This document shows positions 39,231 to 52,345 of a stretch of 64,000 bases of DNA, piece after piece. The DNA lies in assembly GCA_053919585.1 (NCBI GenBank), contig CM132785.1; one strand, written 5' to 3'. Positions within the stretch are counted from its first letter, which is position 1. The number at the start of each line of letters is the position of its first letter. The DNA is from Euprymna scolopes (lineage: Eukaryota). The notes under the pieces were generated by a model. The model made no database searches, was not told where the DNA came from, and worked only from the letters and a program-made list of their open reading frames with translations. Both the position numbers and the translations under genes were made by a program.

Positions 39231-39999
39231 TTAGTAAATGTAATGCTTAGCCTCCATCTAAATTAATAAATAAATTGGAATAAAATGAACATTCTTAAAA
39301 TTAAAACGATTATTTGAACATTTGTTATCAGATCCAAATTTATTTGATGTTTCAACAACCATCGCTTTTTTAATGTGATTTCAAACATTTGAAACTATGC
39401 ATACAAAACAAATAAATTATATTTCATATTACTTAACAATATAACTGCAAACACATCATAACCATATCTTTTTATGCCAATACTGGAACAATTGTTGGTC
39501 ATCAAAATCCTTGGTCAGTAAATGTTCTTCTATTATTGCAGTCACTGAGGACGTGTTTCTGAGATTTTCACAAAGGCAGTTGATCATAAAATGGCTTCTT
39601 GATTACAATGTCTTTTGATTGTCTATCGTTAAATCAACAATGATTGTCATAGTTTACATTGGACAGTAGAGAACCTAGTGTTATTTTATAAAATTATTTT
39701 TATATAATGGTTTGAATTAAAGTTAAAATACAAAAATCAAGTACCATAGTTCTATTGTGTTCTAAACAGAAGCATTCGTTTCGAAGATGCCCTTATCTTA
39801 TCAAAGAACCTACTGTGATTTTATATGCTGGACATATCTGCTTGTGCAGAGATAAAAATTCTCAAATGCACTCGTGATGTTAGGCTGTATATATATGTAT
39901 GTGTTAACTTTGGTCAAAATCAAACTGTTCTATCTTTAATTAGGTTTTTTAATTACTGATTATTGACACTTATCAGAGGGATTTGGCAAAAAAACCTAT

Positions 40000-40141
40000 A
40001 TGTGAACACTCCCAAACATAAAGTACATTTGTGTGAAATTTCAAAAAAATCAGCCCAGCAACTTTGGAGGCCGTAAAGAGCAAACTCACACACACACATA
40101 CATAGGCACAGACAAACTGCGTTTTATATAAAAGTAGAGAT
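40000..40141 (+). mobile_element. 3' end of a non-autonomous Helitron-like (DINE-1/HINE-type) element
   Basis: gtgaaatttcaaaaaaatcagcccagc...(ca)n...cagacaaactgcgttttatataaaagtagagat has the typical layout. Confidence 0.45.
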
Positions 40142-40873
40142 GAAATGTTTTTTGCAATTAGTTTTATTATATTTTGGTAAAAATATTGAGCACAGAATGC
40201 TTAATTCAATTATAATATAGTTAATTAGATAAATTAATGTTCTTTGAGTGACATTTATTCACACAGATTTTAGGGTTCTTTTAGTCATACACCAGAAATA
40301 TTTTAAAACAAAAATGTTAATTGTTAATGCTTATAGTTTTATTTTCATAAAAAAGCAAAAATAAATAAATCCGTTTTTAGTAATTCAAATATAACTTTAG
40401 TGAAAGTGTTTTCTTTACATAAAATAATACATGTTCACAAAGATTAAAAAAAATCGGTTCATTATATTCTTATTAATCGTTATAATAATTTGGGGGTTTG
40501 TTTTATAATCAACAACGATACAAAAAAGTGGCCAGAACACAAATACATAACAAATAAATGTTATCAAAAAATTTATTTTTCAAAGATTTAAAAGTAATGC
40601 TTTTCGCAACAATAATGAAAATCAATAATTTTTTTTGCTAATCTGAAAGATAACAATTATTATTAACATATTCAACGAATTTCACACTTCAAAACACAAA
40701 AGATGAAAAATAAAACACATTCAAAATTCGGATTTTCAACCTTAAAATGTGATATGTGCTCAGTTTTTTAAAAAAATTTTTGTTGTCTACAAACCTCACC
40801 TTCCCCACAATACAATATATTTTGCTGAGTTTTGAGCCAATTATTTAAAGCATATTTGTACCCACAAATAAAC

Positions 40874-41957
40874 GGTATTATTTTAGAAAAAGCGTGAAAT
40901 CTAACTAGTAGAAAAAATATATTGTTTTTGTAGATTTCAGTATGCTGAAAAAGAATCTGAAAACCGTATCCATCGAAAATTAATAGTTTTGGAGATATTA
41001 ATATTTTTCTAAAGTATTATTTTCTTTGCAAAATCAGCTATAATGGCATAAGTCGGTTGATTGTGTGTGCACAGAGGCGCCATTTCACTGACTTCATTTA
41101 CACTACACATAAGCGGTAGTTACGTGAAATATCACAAGGCACATGAATACATGGTGGACATTTTAAATCACAAGAAATATTCTCATAAAAGTTATAAAAA
41201 AATTTTCACCTCATTTAATAGTAAAAATAATGCTGTCAGTAAGTTTTCACGACTAGTTTACAAAAAACATATTTTTATGTTTTTCGTTCTTTTTTTGGGG
41301 GGAGGGGGTATTCATTTATAGAACTTGTACACCGCGGCCTCACAGCACTGCCCCCCCCGTCGGCTCTCTCTGTCCTGCCAATGTAAACACAGAATTTTTG
41401 TGAAATATTAATCAGTACTCTGCTCGATAAATGTCAGCATGTTACTTATGGAAAAACGGGTAATTATGTTTTTGTAAACCACCCATGAAAACTTATTTTT
41501 TAGATCAATTTAAAAGCATTAAAACTACGTAACACACAAAGATATGAACCACATTTAAAAACTTTCTTATTTAAAAAAAACTGCCAGCCAAAAAATTTCT
41601 CCGCAATATGACAAGTCACTTTGTGCTCGTGCGCACACGAACGCAAGAACCGAAATTTTGTAAACAAATACATTGATGCGTTGTGATATTTATTTTTTAC
41701 TCACAGAAACTAATAAAATGATAATTTAAAAAAATAAATGTGAGTTCTCTTTGGTCTGTGGGCATGCATAATCAGGCGACTTACGCCATTATAGCTGATT
41801 ACACAAAGAATATAATCCCTTAGAAAAATGTTAATATCTCCAAAACTATTAATTTGTGACGGGTACAGTTTTCAGATTCTTTTTCAGCACCGAAATCTAC
41901 ACGAAAAATATTTTGTTTTCTACTAATTCGAGTTCACGCTTTTTCTAAAATGTTACC
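40874..41957. mobile_element. Non-autonomous DNA transposon with ~180-bp TIRs
   Basis: ttttagaaaaagcgtgaa...cagctataatggcataagtcg is mirrored by cgacttacgccattatagctg...ttcacgctttttctaaaa. Confidence 0.8.
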
Positions 41958-41986
41958 AAATAAAAAAGTGGGGCGTGGGGCGTAGG

Positions 41987-42073
<87 letters not shown>

Positions 42074-42206
42074 TATGAAAAATGAAAGTACACCATTAAA
42101 AAGTTCATTCTTCATTTACTAATCGTTGAAAATTTTGTACTGCTTTCGATAATTACTTGACTTTTGGCCGATTTTTAGAGAGAGACTCCGCCAAAAAATA
42201 CTTACT

Positions 42207-42288
42207 CCCAATCTCCCCATGTTAAGAAGGGCTTTCGAGGTTGGTGGATGTTTATTCCGAAAGCCGTTCTTAACATGGGGAGGTTGGG
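42207..42288. repeat. Palindrome made of two inverted 42-bp-family units
   Basis: ctccccatgttaagaagggctttcg ... cgaaagccgttcttaacatggggag. Confidence 0.85.
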
Positions 42289-43185
42289 ATGTTTATAATA
42301 CGCTGGGGCAGTGGGGCACGTCGTAAAAATTTACCCCAAAACAATACCCTATTGAAGCGAATTCTATGTTATCATTCTTCGTTCATGACTCATTCTTGTT
42401 TCAAAATCAAAGGGAGCCATAATTGTTTGGACGCGTCACTGTAGTAAAAAAAGAACTCTAAAAGGGAATTAAATTCAAGTAATACTTACTTTTTGTTTAG
42501 ACACCTATTTTTAAGAATGAAACGTCGATTGTCAGATGTGGATGTGCTAATTAAAACGAGACGAGTTTGGAGGGAGGAAGTCAACATTTAAGATTGCGAT
42601 CAAGAAAATAAGTTCGTAGAAAATTATGTCAAGTTTTGTTTTTATATTTTTACTGTTACGTATTACGATACATTAAAAATGATTATTTTATTATTAAAAA
42701 TGTATTAAATCATTTTGCCGCTTACGCACTTGTGCGTAGGTTCAACTTTTTTGTTTTCAGTTGGAGAGTGCATAACAGGAGCGAACAAATGCAATTTCAG
42801 GACTGAAACGAAAAGCGAAAATACTTTTTTGTAATAAAACAGAATTCTGCAAATTTGGAATGCGTTTTTTTTTTGTGTTTTTTTTTTTTTTACACTATTA
42901 GGACGAAATTTCGGAAATCATAATACTGAATTTCACATGAAAACAATAGTAGCTACATATTCCCCATATTTTTAAAATGATTCTATCCAAATATTAATGA
43001 AGTTGATAAGATAGAAAATTATCAAATAGAATAGAATTCGAAGAACACAATTCCAGAGTTCACAAGGGAGATAATTTCCTCTAGATAATTCTTGGAAAAC
43101 TCAGGAAAAGTTTTTGGAATTTTCTAATTGAACCTGAGGAAATTGAATTAGTGTAATATTTATTATTTTTGCTCAAATAAAAACC

Positions 43186-44445
43186 TATCATAGCCTAGCC
43201 TCGTCTTGGCAAATAACGCCGAGATCTACTTAACCAGAATAATTGCGCGCAGTAAGTACGTGTTTGTTTGGCCTTTTCCAATGTGTCTTACATTTGTTTA
43301 TTATTTATTAATTAATTTTACTATTATTGTGGGGAAAAGAAGTAAAGAGAGCAAGACAGAGAGTCGAATTTACGATGTTCTTTCGTAGAAAATATATCAA
43401 CAAAACAAATACAGTTAACTCTCAATTTATAAAAAAAGATTTATTACTTTTTAGGAAATATTTCAATGAAAATAATAGTTCATTTATGAGTGAACAAAAG
43501 GGGGGAATTAGTTGAGATTAAGGAAGTTTGAGTTGATAATTCAAGAGCCGTGATTAGTTCACGGGTCTGTAAATCGTAAGGAAAACTTCCTCACTCAACA
43601 AAATAAGGGACCAGTTTTCCTACCTAGCGAAAGGGGACGAGTTTTCCCGAGACGAGTTTTCCGGAGACGAGTTTTCCGGAGACGAGTTTTCCGGAGACGA
43701 GTTTTCCGGGCACCCTTTTCTACACGCAATAGGCATAAAAAATAAATTTTGTCTTTTCGCCCCGACGTATTCCTAAGCACCCCGCACGTGTCATAGACCA
43801 TGACTTTTCGTCCAATCGTTGTTTGAAAAAAAAACGCATTTTTGTAAATATTTTTTTGACGATCTCCAGGAGCTGGTCGAGGTCCTTTAACACGTGCAAA
43901 AAAGAGTTAGTAAAGTTGAGCCCAGTATCGTGTAAACAATACGACCGATTCCGTCCACGGATGTTAAACTGGTGCGGTGAGCACCTGCTATTTAATTTTC
44001 CACGTGGAAATGGACTTTTTACCCTATTCTTATTCTTTGCTAAAGTAAGCAATTGACTTGTATGTTGTTTAATTATTTCTAAAAAGGACTGGTTATTTTT
44101 AACTTAGAACTTTGACTTTTTTTTTTTTTTTTTACTCCATTTGATAAAGGACATTTTATTACCTCAGTTGCAGGAACTTTTTTTTTTACTTCATTTCATA
44201 AAGAACATTTTATTACCTCAGTCGCAGGAAGAGACTTACAATTAAGGGAAACTTTCCGGCTTTTCTTTTTCCACTTATTTTTTCAATCATGAGGAAATAA
44301 ATTTTGTATAAAATTTATCCTCTGTCTCTGTCATCTTTGTTTTGGTTGTTCAACTCCATTTTATATATGTTTTTATTTTATTTTTGTGTTAGCGGGACTA
44401 ACATAAACACCCACAGTCCCGCAACGAGTGGTGACCCAACATGAG
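43186..44445 (+). mobile_element. LTR (43186-44426, interrupted) followed by a degenerate tRNA-Trp-type PBS
   Basis: Aligns by eye with the solo LTR at 56169-56931 (tatc...agtcccgcaac); tggtgacccaacatga starts at 44429. Confidence 0.7.
43260..43715. mobile_element. MULE-like terminal fragment with five 15-bp repeats, inserted in an LTR
   Basis: gacgagttttcc(g/c)ga at 43636, 43651, 43666, 43681 and 43696, ending gggcaccc; the left boundary is approximate. Confidence 0.55.
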
Positions 44446-44789
44446 TTATACAATCATACAAGATGGCTAGTGACAACACCAACTATGATCCCTCCATCAG
44501 CATCGCTGTGCCCCTGATGCACTTACCAACGTTCAGTGAACATGGTCCAAGCATTACCTCCTACCGTGATTAACAAAGAGGCCAACACACTCGAACATGT
44601 ACTCTGAACATGAACCAACACCAAGCGCTTGACTTCATATGAGACGTAAAAGTCAAGCTCAGCAAATAACACTCTTCAGGACTTGCAAGCTTTCTCTGGC
44701 GACTTATTCAACAAACCCAAACCCACATGGATTTTTGTCAAGTGCATAAAATCCACAGACATCAATAACAACCACCATAGAAGTCACAC

Positions 44790-45591
44790 ACATTTAAAAT
44801 CGCAATGAAAGAAAAATTAGCTTTGAATAAACTGAAGGAAGTTTTGATAGCATACTTTGACTAAGAGAAAGACACTAACATTCTTGTAGATTCAAGCCCA
44901 GTTGGATTAGTTGCAGTTCTGACACAAAATGGGAAGGTATTATGCTACGCTAGTCATGCCCTCACAGACATAGAACAGTGGTTCTCCCAAACTGAAATAG
45001 AGAAGTTAGCTGTTGAGTATGCAACTGAACATTTTCATCTCTACTTATATGGAACAAGGTTCACCATCATCATGGATCATCGTCACTTCTTGGGATTGTG
45101 AAAAGTCTGGAACCAATGATGACAAGGATTGAGTGCTGCATCTTCATCTCATGCCGTACCAATACAGCTTTGTACATATCATCCTGAAAAGATAACCAGA
45201 ATCCTGCAGACTATCTCAGTCATCATCTACATCAACTACTATCAAAAGAAAATGTAGCAGAAGCCTACATAAAGTATGTAGTTTAAAACACTATACCCAA
45301 ATCTTTAACTCCTTAAACAAGCTACAGGGGAGAACCTTCTATTACAAAAGGTGAAGGCTGCAGTTGCAGATGGATGATGGAATGACCCACAGCTATCAAG
45401 CTTTTCTCCATTCAAGGACGAATTATCAGTGCCTAGTGGTCTCATCCTTCAAGGACATAGTTTTGTGATTCCTTTCAATTTAAGGAAAAAGTCAGCTGAC
45501 ATAGCCCATCACTCACATCAAGGCCAAAACATCTAATCAGAGAAAAGGTGTGGTTCCCAGGAATAGATAAACTGGTGGAAGTAAAATGAAT
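44790..45591 (+). pseudogene. Gypsy RNase H / integrase zinc-binding remnant (target of the BEL/Pao insertion)
   Basis: LVDSSPVGLVAVLTQ, YASHALTDIEQ, HHSHQG and IREKVWFPGID. Confidence 0.8.
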
Positions 45592-46169
45592 GTTGTATAA
45601 AAAAAGTAGTTACCTCCCTTTGTTCAAACTAATCGACCACTTCTCCTTTCTGAAAGCCCTATTTTGATTGGCTAGGATGAAGCTCCTTGGCCAATCAACA
45701 AACATTTAATATAAGCAGAATTCTGGAAAAACAGATTCGCACTTTTTTTTAATCAATCGTCGGCCTATAAACAACTATGGAAAATCTCTCCTAAATTTGC
45801 CGCCGAATTTTGATTGAACTTTTTCAGGGAGCCGTCCAAGACTTTGGACGATAAAGAACTTTTTTATTGGACTTCTAAAGCCGCAAACACAATTAGTTTT
45901 GCAAGAACCTTTTCCTTGTAATATTTTCAATTTAATATACATAATTTTCTCCAATTCTTGTGAGTTCAGCAATCTTTATTTCTGTATTTCCCACTTCCTA
46001 CTTCAACAAGACACCAGCTCCCGGCAATCGCCACATTTTGCAAAACTAAATAACGTTTAGCAGCTTGTTGTGAAAAAAAAAAAAAAATAACAAGGAAGAG
46101 AAGATTTGAACTCCTAAGGATATTTGCAAGGAAAATGGAAAAAGGAATACCAATTTGAGAAGCCCCTCT

Positions 46170-46595
46170 TAAAAAAAAAAAAAAAAAAATTATTTCGTTT
46201 CCAAAAAAAAAAAACGAATAAATAGTAATTCTGCCTTTGTTAAAGGTTTAAAATTCAATGAACATTTAAAAAAAAAAAAATTTTTATTTCGTTTCCAAAA
46301 AAAAAAAACGAATAAATAGTAATTCTGCCTTTGTTAAAGGTTTAAAATTCAATGAACATTTAAAAAAAAAAAAAAATTTATTTCGTTTCCAAAAAAAAAA
46401 AAAAAACGAATAAATAGTAATTCTGCCTTTGTTAAAGGTTTAAAATTCAATGAACATTTAAAAAAAAAAAAAAATTTATTTCGTTTCCAAAAAAAAAAAC
46501 GAATAAATAGTAATTCTGCCTTTGTTAAAGGTTTAAAATTCAATGAACATTTAAAAAAAAAAAAAAAAATTTATTTCGCTTCCAAAAAAAAAATC
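46170..46595 (+). repeat. ~95-bp tandem repeat (4.3 copies) in the BEL/Pao 5' leader
   Basis: tttatttcgtttcc(A)ncgaataaatagtaattctgcctttgttaaaggtttaaaattcaatgaacattt(A)n. Confidence 0.9.
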
Positions 46596-46901
46596 GAACA
46601 CATAATATAATATTTCCTGTTGTATTATTGAAAGTTTGAAACTTTCTACCGACTGAAGTTCGCGTAAAGCAGGCATCATTCGTTCAAGAGCGTGGCGTTG
46701 TACTACGTCATACGAATGTAAATAAACATGGTCTTCTTATATAAGGGCGATAACTCCACTTATGCAAACTTCCGTCCAAGGGCCATAACTCTTCTCGGCC
46801 TATCCACAGACATTAATCAACAATACTCCCACAAAATTTAACTTGTTAAAAAAAAAAAAACTTAAAACCATCATCCTTTCCCAAAACAAAACAACTGTAA
46901 A

Positions 46902-49900
46902 ATGGATGATTTCCGGACCTTGAAGGGTGTTAGGGCGCTCATGGACTCCAGAAACGTGTTAAAGGAAGATATTTCCCTTAACACGGACATGTTGGAAGAA
47001 CGCGAAGGTTTGAGAAAAAAAACCTTCCAGGAGGAAGAAGCTATAATTAAGGAGTTGCAGATTGAGGTCCGCTCCTTAAATGATAAAATTAAAGGGCTGT
47101 GTATAAAAGCAGAACTTGATTTAAGGGAGTGTGGATTTGTTGAGGAGCAAAGGAGGGAAATTGGCTTTCGAGCTAATATTAATGATCGCCTTGCCGACAT
47201 TGAAAACTCTATTGAAAACCCCACCACATCACGGAAAAATGAACCTACCTCTGTACCTTTGCTTTCTGTCCCCAAGTTGCAGTGTGCCACCTTTAGTGGA
47301 ATCAATCCTTCCAAATTTGAATATAAAAATTTTATTGCTCAATTCAAAAACTGTACTGAGTCTATTGATTCCGGCAGGGCAAAATTAGCCTTATAGAAAG
47401 GGTATTTGAGTGACTATGCCTTGCAATTGGTTTCCCATCTGACCTTGGAGGATGGTAATTACGATGTAGCAGTGGATTTGCTGACCAAGGAATTCCTGGA
47501 TGTCCCCTTTATAATAAGTGAGATCTTCAAGCAGATCATTTCTACTTCTCCTCAATATGACCCTGAATTTGTGGCTGTGAAGCGATACCTTGCTGAGGTG
47601 AGAGCGGATTTATCCGAATTGAGGACTTCATATCTGATAGATTTTTTTGAGGAGAACTCCCCCGGATTTTTGCTAGTCAGCCATATTATATATGAAAAGT
47701 TGCCAGTTGCCTTGAGAAGGGAAATTAACCACAGAGTGGGCACGAGTTACCCGTCTCTAACACAAATTTTTCAAAATTACAATGAGGCAGTTCGTGCTCT
47801 GTCTCGAAATAAAAAACTTTTTCGGGTTACGGAAAACCCCTCGAAGAATGATAAAGGGCAGGTCAAGACCTATGAAAAAAAGAATGGTGATGCTGCTCTA
47901 CAGAATTTCACTACAAGCTCTTCTGGGGCATATTGCAAACTTTGCACATCACGTGGCCACACTATGCTAAAATGCACCAAGTTTGCATCTTATGAAGCCA
48001 GAGTTGAGAGGTGCAAGCAGCTAAAACTGTGTACAGGATGTTCCAGCTTAAAACATAAAAGTGAGAATTGTCCTGGACTCCAGAGCAAATCACCCCTCAC
48101 GTGCAGCTTATGCCTTTCAAAGGCGCATATTGCACCCCTGTGCAACACTAAGAGAGTGGTTTCTCTATTCTCTCACGTTTATGAAAACGAAATCATATTG
48201 CCTGTTGTAGCTATTTCTTTAAATTATGGATCTGAGAAAGCTACTATTAACTGCCTATTGGACACAGGAAGTCAGCGTTCATATTTTTCTAAGAAAATAT
48301 TAAAGGAGCTGAAGTATCCTGATGGAAATTCTGATCCAACCGATTATCAAATGAAGACCTATGCGGGTGTGACTATGAAGCGATTTGAACAGGTTGTCTT
48401 GAACGTTACCGTGGGAAAGGGGAAACAACTCCCTATTCCTGTTTTAATCGATGATGGATTCAGTATGCAGTTTGAGTTCGCCAGCTTTGGCCAAGTGAAG
48501 TCCAACCTGAATGAGTTGAAACACAGATTGGCATTTTCAAATGAAAAACAGGGTGATTCCATAACAATTCAGGGTATCCTGGGAGTTGACATATTTCAGT
48601 TCATGGAGGGTTCCAGAATCATTAAATGTATGAATGGACAGGCCTGGGATTTGCCTCAAGGGATTGCCCCATTTGGTAATGTACAACACTTTTTATATCC
48701 TCATCAAGTCAGTCCTGTGAGATGTGGAATTTCCAAAATAATTGTCAATTATCATACTACAATATCCAAATATGCCCATTGCCCTGAACGACAGTTGAAT
48801 TCCATATTGGAACCCAAGTCTTCCTACCCGGATCCGTTTCCAGATGTATTTGAGAATTCCAACGTGGAACGGAATTTGGAAAAAATGTTTGCTGTGGACT
48901 CAGCTGCTGCTTCCCATGACGAAGAACTAATTGGTGATTATGACAGAAATAGGATTGAAATCTTCAGGAAGTCTATCGAATTCAGGGACAATTCTTATTT
49001 CGTGGATCTACCTTGGCATAAAGACAAAATCGATTCCGTTCCCTCTAACTATCAAGTCGCTCTTAAAGTGCTTGACAGAACAATGCTTTCATTGGAGAAA
49101 AGGGACTTGGATAAGACCTATACTGATATATTTCTTCAGCAAGAGAGCGAAGGGATTATCGAGAGAATTGAAGTCGCCCCACAAGATTTCTGCAAATACA
49201 TTTGGATACCCCATCGACCGGTCTTTAAGTCGGATCAACAGGTTACCACTAAAATCAGGCCTGTTTTTAACTGTTCGTTGAAGACCGGGGGTGGTTACTC
49301 CCTCAATGAAGCATCTTATCCGGGTGTGAACATGATGAATAACATGCTTGAACTGTTGCTCTTATTTCTTACTAACAAATATGTATTATTGGGAGACATA
49401 AGAAAGGCATTTCTTATGATCAAACTCCGGTCGGTTGAGGACAAAAACAGATTTTGTTTTTTCGTAAAAGATGGAGACAATTTGCTTTGCTTCCGATATT
49501 GTACATTGATATTTGGCTTCAATGCCAGCCCATTCATTTTAAATTACGTTCTCAAACACCATGTCAGCCGTTTTCCGAATGATGCATGTACTGAGATGCT
49601 GAAAAATCGATTTTATGTCGACAATTTATGTATGACCAGCAATTCTTCTGAGGAAATAATCAGTCTCTATAGGAGTGCCGTGCCTCGTCTGCAGACGGGA
49701 AATTTCCAGTTGAGATCGTGTAACTCCAACTATGAACCTCTTCGAGACATTATAACGGAGGATGACAGAATCGTGCAGCATGGTTGCGAGTACGAAAAGG
49801 TCTTGGGATATAAATATCACCCTGAATTGGATACTATTAGCATTGTTAACACTATGGTTCAGAGGAACATACTCTCAAAAGGGATATTTTGGCCCAGACA

Positions 49901-52345
49901 GCAAAAATATTTGACCCACTGTCACTATGTGCCTCGGTTACAATTAGGGCAAAAATACTTCTCCGAAGATTGTGGTTGCTCAAGTTGGGTTGGGATGAAA
50001 AGGTTCCTACTGACATAATGACTACCTGGTCGAATTTGGCCGAGGACCTTTCTGGTCTAGGTGATCTATTTTTTACAAGCCATGCTATAGACACTGGTAG
50101 CCAACTGAAATTATATTTGTTCTGTGATGCGTCACCACAGGCTTATGGATTTGTCATATATGGCGTGCAAAATGGGAAGTCTCACATAATATTTTCCAAG
50201 GTTAAAGTGGCCCCGATGAGGACAAAGACATTACCTATGATGGAGTTGCTTGCAGTATATATTGCATTCAAGGCTTTAACTATGATACTGAGATCCTTCT
50301 CTGGTGTCAACATAGAGGACGTTTTTGTTTCTGTGGATGCGCAAGTTGTTTTGTCATGGTTGCTCACCGAGAATATAAAGGCAAAAAGTCTGTATACCAG
50401 AAACAGAATTAAAGATATTCGAGAAATGAAGGAGAAGTTGAGTGAGGAATTTGGGTTGGGCATTCATTACAAATATGTTCCTTCTGCCGACAACCCGGCT
50501 GACCTTCTTTCTCGTGGTATCACTCTGGAAAAGTTTAAACAGGGATTGGACTACTGGACATGCGGACCTGCGTGGCTTGTTGAGCAACCTGAGAAGTGGC
50601 CTACGAGTACTTTGAGCTGTCTGAGTCCGGAAAATAAGTGTCATGTGGAAAGTGTTTTCCATAATACATTGAGTGAAGCTGTTAGGGAACCACTGATTCC
50701 ATTTGACAGGTTCTCGGACTTCAACAAGTTGTGTCGATCAACTGCTTTCGTATTCAAGTTTGTGCATCGATGCAGAAAAGTGAAGGAACATTCAGATCCA
50801 AAACAGACAGCCACGAATTACCTGATAAAGATGATGCAATTGCAATCGTTTGAAAAGGAAATTGCTTATTTGAAGAATCCTCTTGACAGGGAAATCCCAG
50901 TGCTGGTGAAGAATCTTAACGTTTTCATCGATTCTGATGAGATTTTGAGAGTGGATGGTAGAATTGCCAATTCGACAAGATATGACTACAATTTAATCTA
51001 TCCAATATTGCTTGCAAAACATCACTCTCTTACAAAATTACTGATTATGGATAGCCATAATCGATGCAGTCATTTGGGTATTGGTACGACAGTGACCAAA
51101 TTGCGGTTATCCGGATACTGGGTCCCACAGGCAAGACAGTCTGTGAAGACTGTGATTTCTAACTGCAATACCTGTAGGAAATTCAACAGCCTAGCCTTCA
51201 AATACCCCAAATTGACAAATTTGCCAAAACACCGTGTTAGATTAATCAATCCTTTCCAACACACAGGCATAGACTACACAGGTCACATCTGGGTACAAAG
51301 AGATGGAAAGTCTCATAAAATGTATTTATTAATTTTCACATGTATGAACGTGAGGGCTGTCCACATTGAACTTGTACCTGATATGAGCACACAAGCCTTC
51401 ATTCAAGCCTTGATTCGGTTTTCAAATACCTATGGAGTTCCCAGTCACATATACAGTGACAATGCACGTTCCTTTAATGCAGCCTTAGGTGGTGATGTAA
51501 TTAAACATCACATAAACAGTAATGAGTTCTGTAACTCATATTCAAGCGCTGGCATTAAACACATAAAAATACCCTTATACTCCCCTTGGGTTGGAAGTAC
51601 TTGGGAAAGAATGATCAGAGTGATAAAGTCATGCCTATTCAAAACACTTGGCCGATCTAAAATCAGTTATTTTAACCTTCTAACCCTTCTATCAGACATC
51701 AAAAGAGCCGTGAACTCTCGACCTCTGACCTACAGATGCTCTACCGATATTGATCTGCTTCCCTTAACACCCAACTGCTTCACTCATCCAAATATAAACT
51801 GTGAGCTCTCCTTCCAATCTGACACACCCAGTTTGGTTGAGACAGAACCAATAACTAGGTCTCTCCTTGTGAGTACCTTGGAAAGCAGAGAGGAATTAAT
51901 ATCTAAATTCAAAGAGATGTGGCACGATGAATATTTGCTAAGTCTGAGGGAGAGTTGCAAGGATTTACACGAAATCGAATTTCACAATAAAATAAATATC
52001 AACGACGTAATACTCGTCAAGAATCCGGCCAAGTCCAGGCCCTTCTGGAAGCTGGGCAGAGTTATTGAGCTATTTAGTAGCAACGATGGCAAGGTTCGTT
52101 CTGCTCGAATAAAAAGAGGTGATGGTGCAGTGGAAACACATAGCCTCAAACATTTATATCTGTTGGAGTTATCACTCACTCATAACCACTTTCCTGACAC
52201 CCCAGCAGATGAGGAATCTGATGAATTTGCATCCCTCCCTATAGAAGAATGTAGGGACCCATCGGAACCTTCAGAAGAAATGGCCAATTACAGGCCTAAA
52301 AGGATCAAGAAATCCACATCTAATCCTGAATACATTTATTATTAA
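46902..52345 (+). CDS. BEL/Pao gag-pol polyprotein (~1814 aa if repaired); one in-frame TAG (47394-47396) and one frameshift (~49880)
   Basis: Three Cys/His gag knuckles; protease LLDTGSQRSY; RT DIRKAFL, FGFNASPFIL, FYVDN; Pao RNase H FDPLS, FCDAS, NPADLLSRG; integrase HLG..YW..C..C, GIDYTG, SDNA, WERMI. Confidence 0.92.

Noticed and set aside
47394-47396. Programmed stop-codon readthrough in BEL/Pao
   Set aside because: The TAG lies inside gag where a Leu (TTG) is expected, not at the gag/pol boundary; it is most simply a nonsense mutation.
49875-49890. Programmed frameshift in pol
   Set aside because: No X_XXY_YYZ heptamer in phase, and it lies between RT and RNase H; it looks like a single-A loss.
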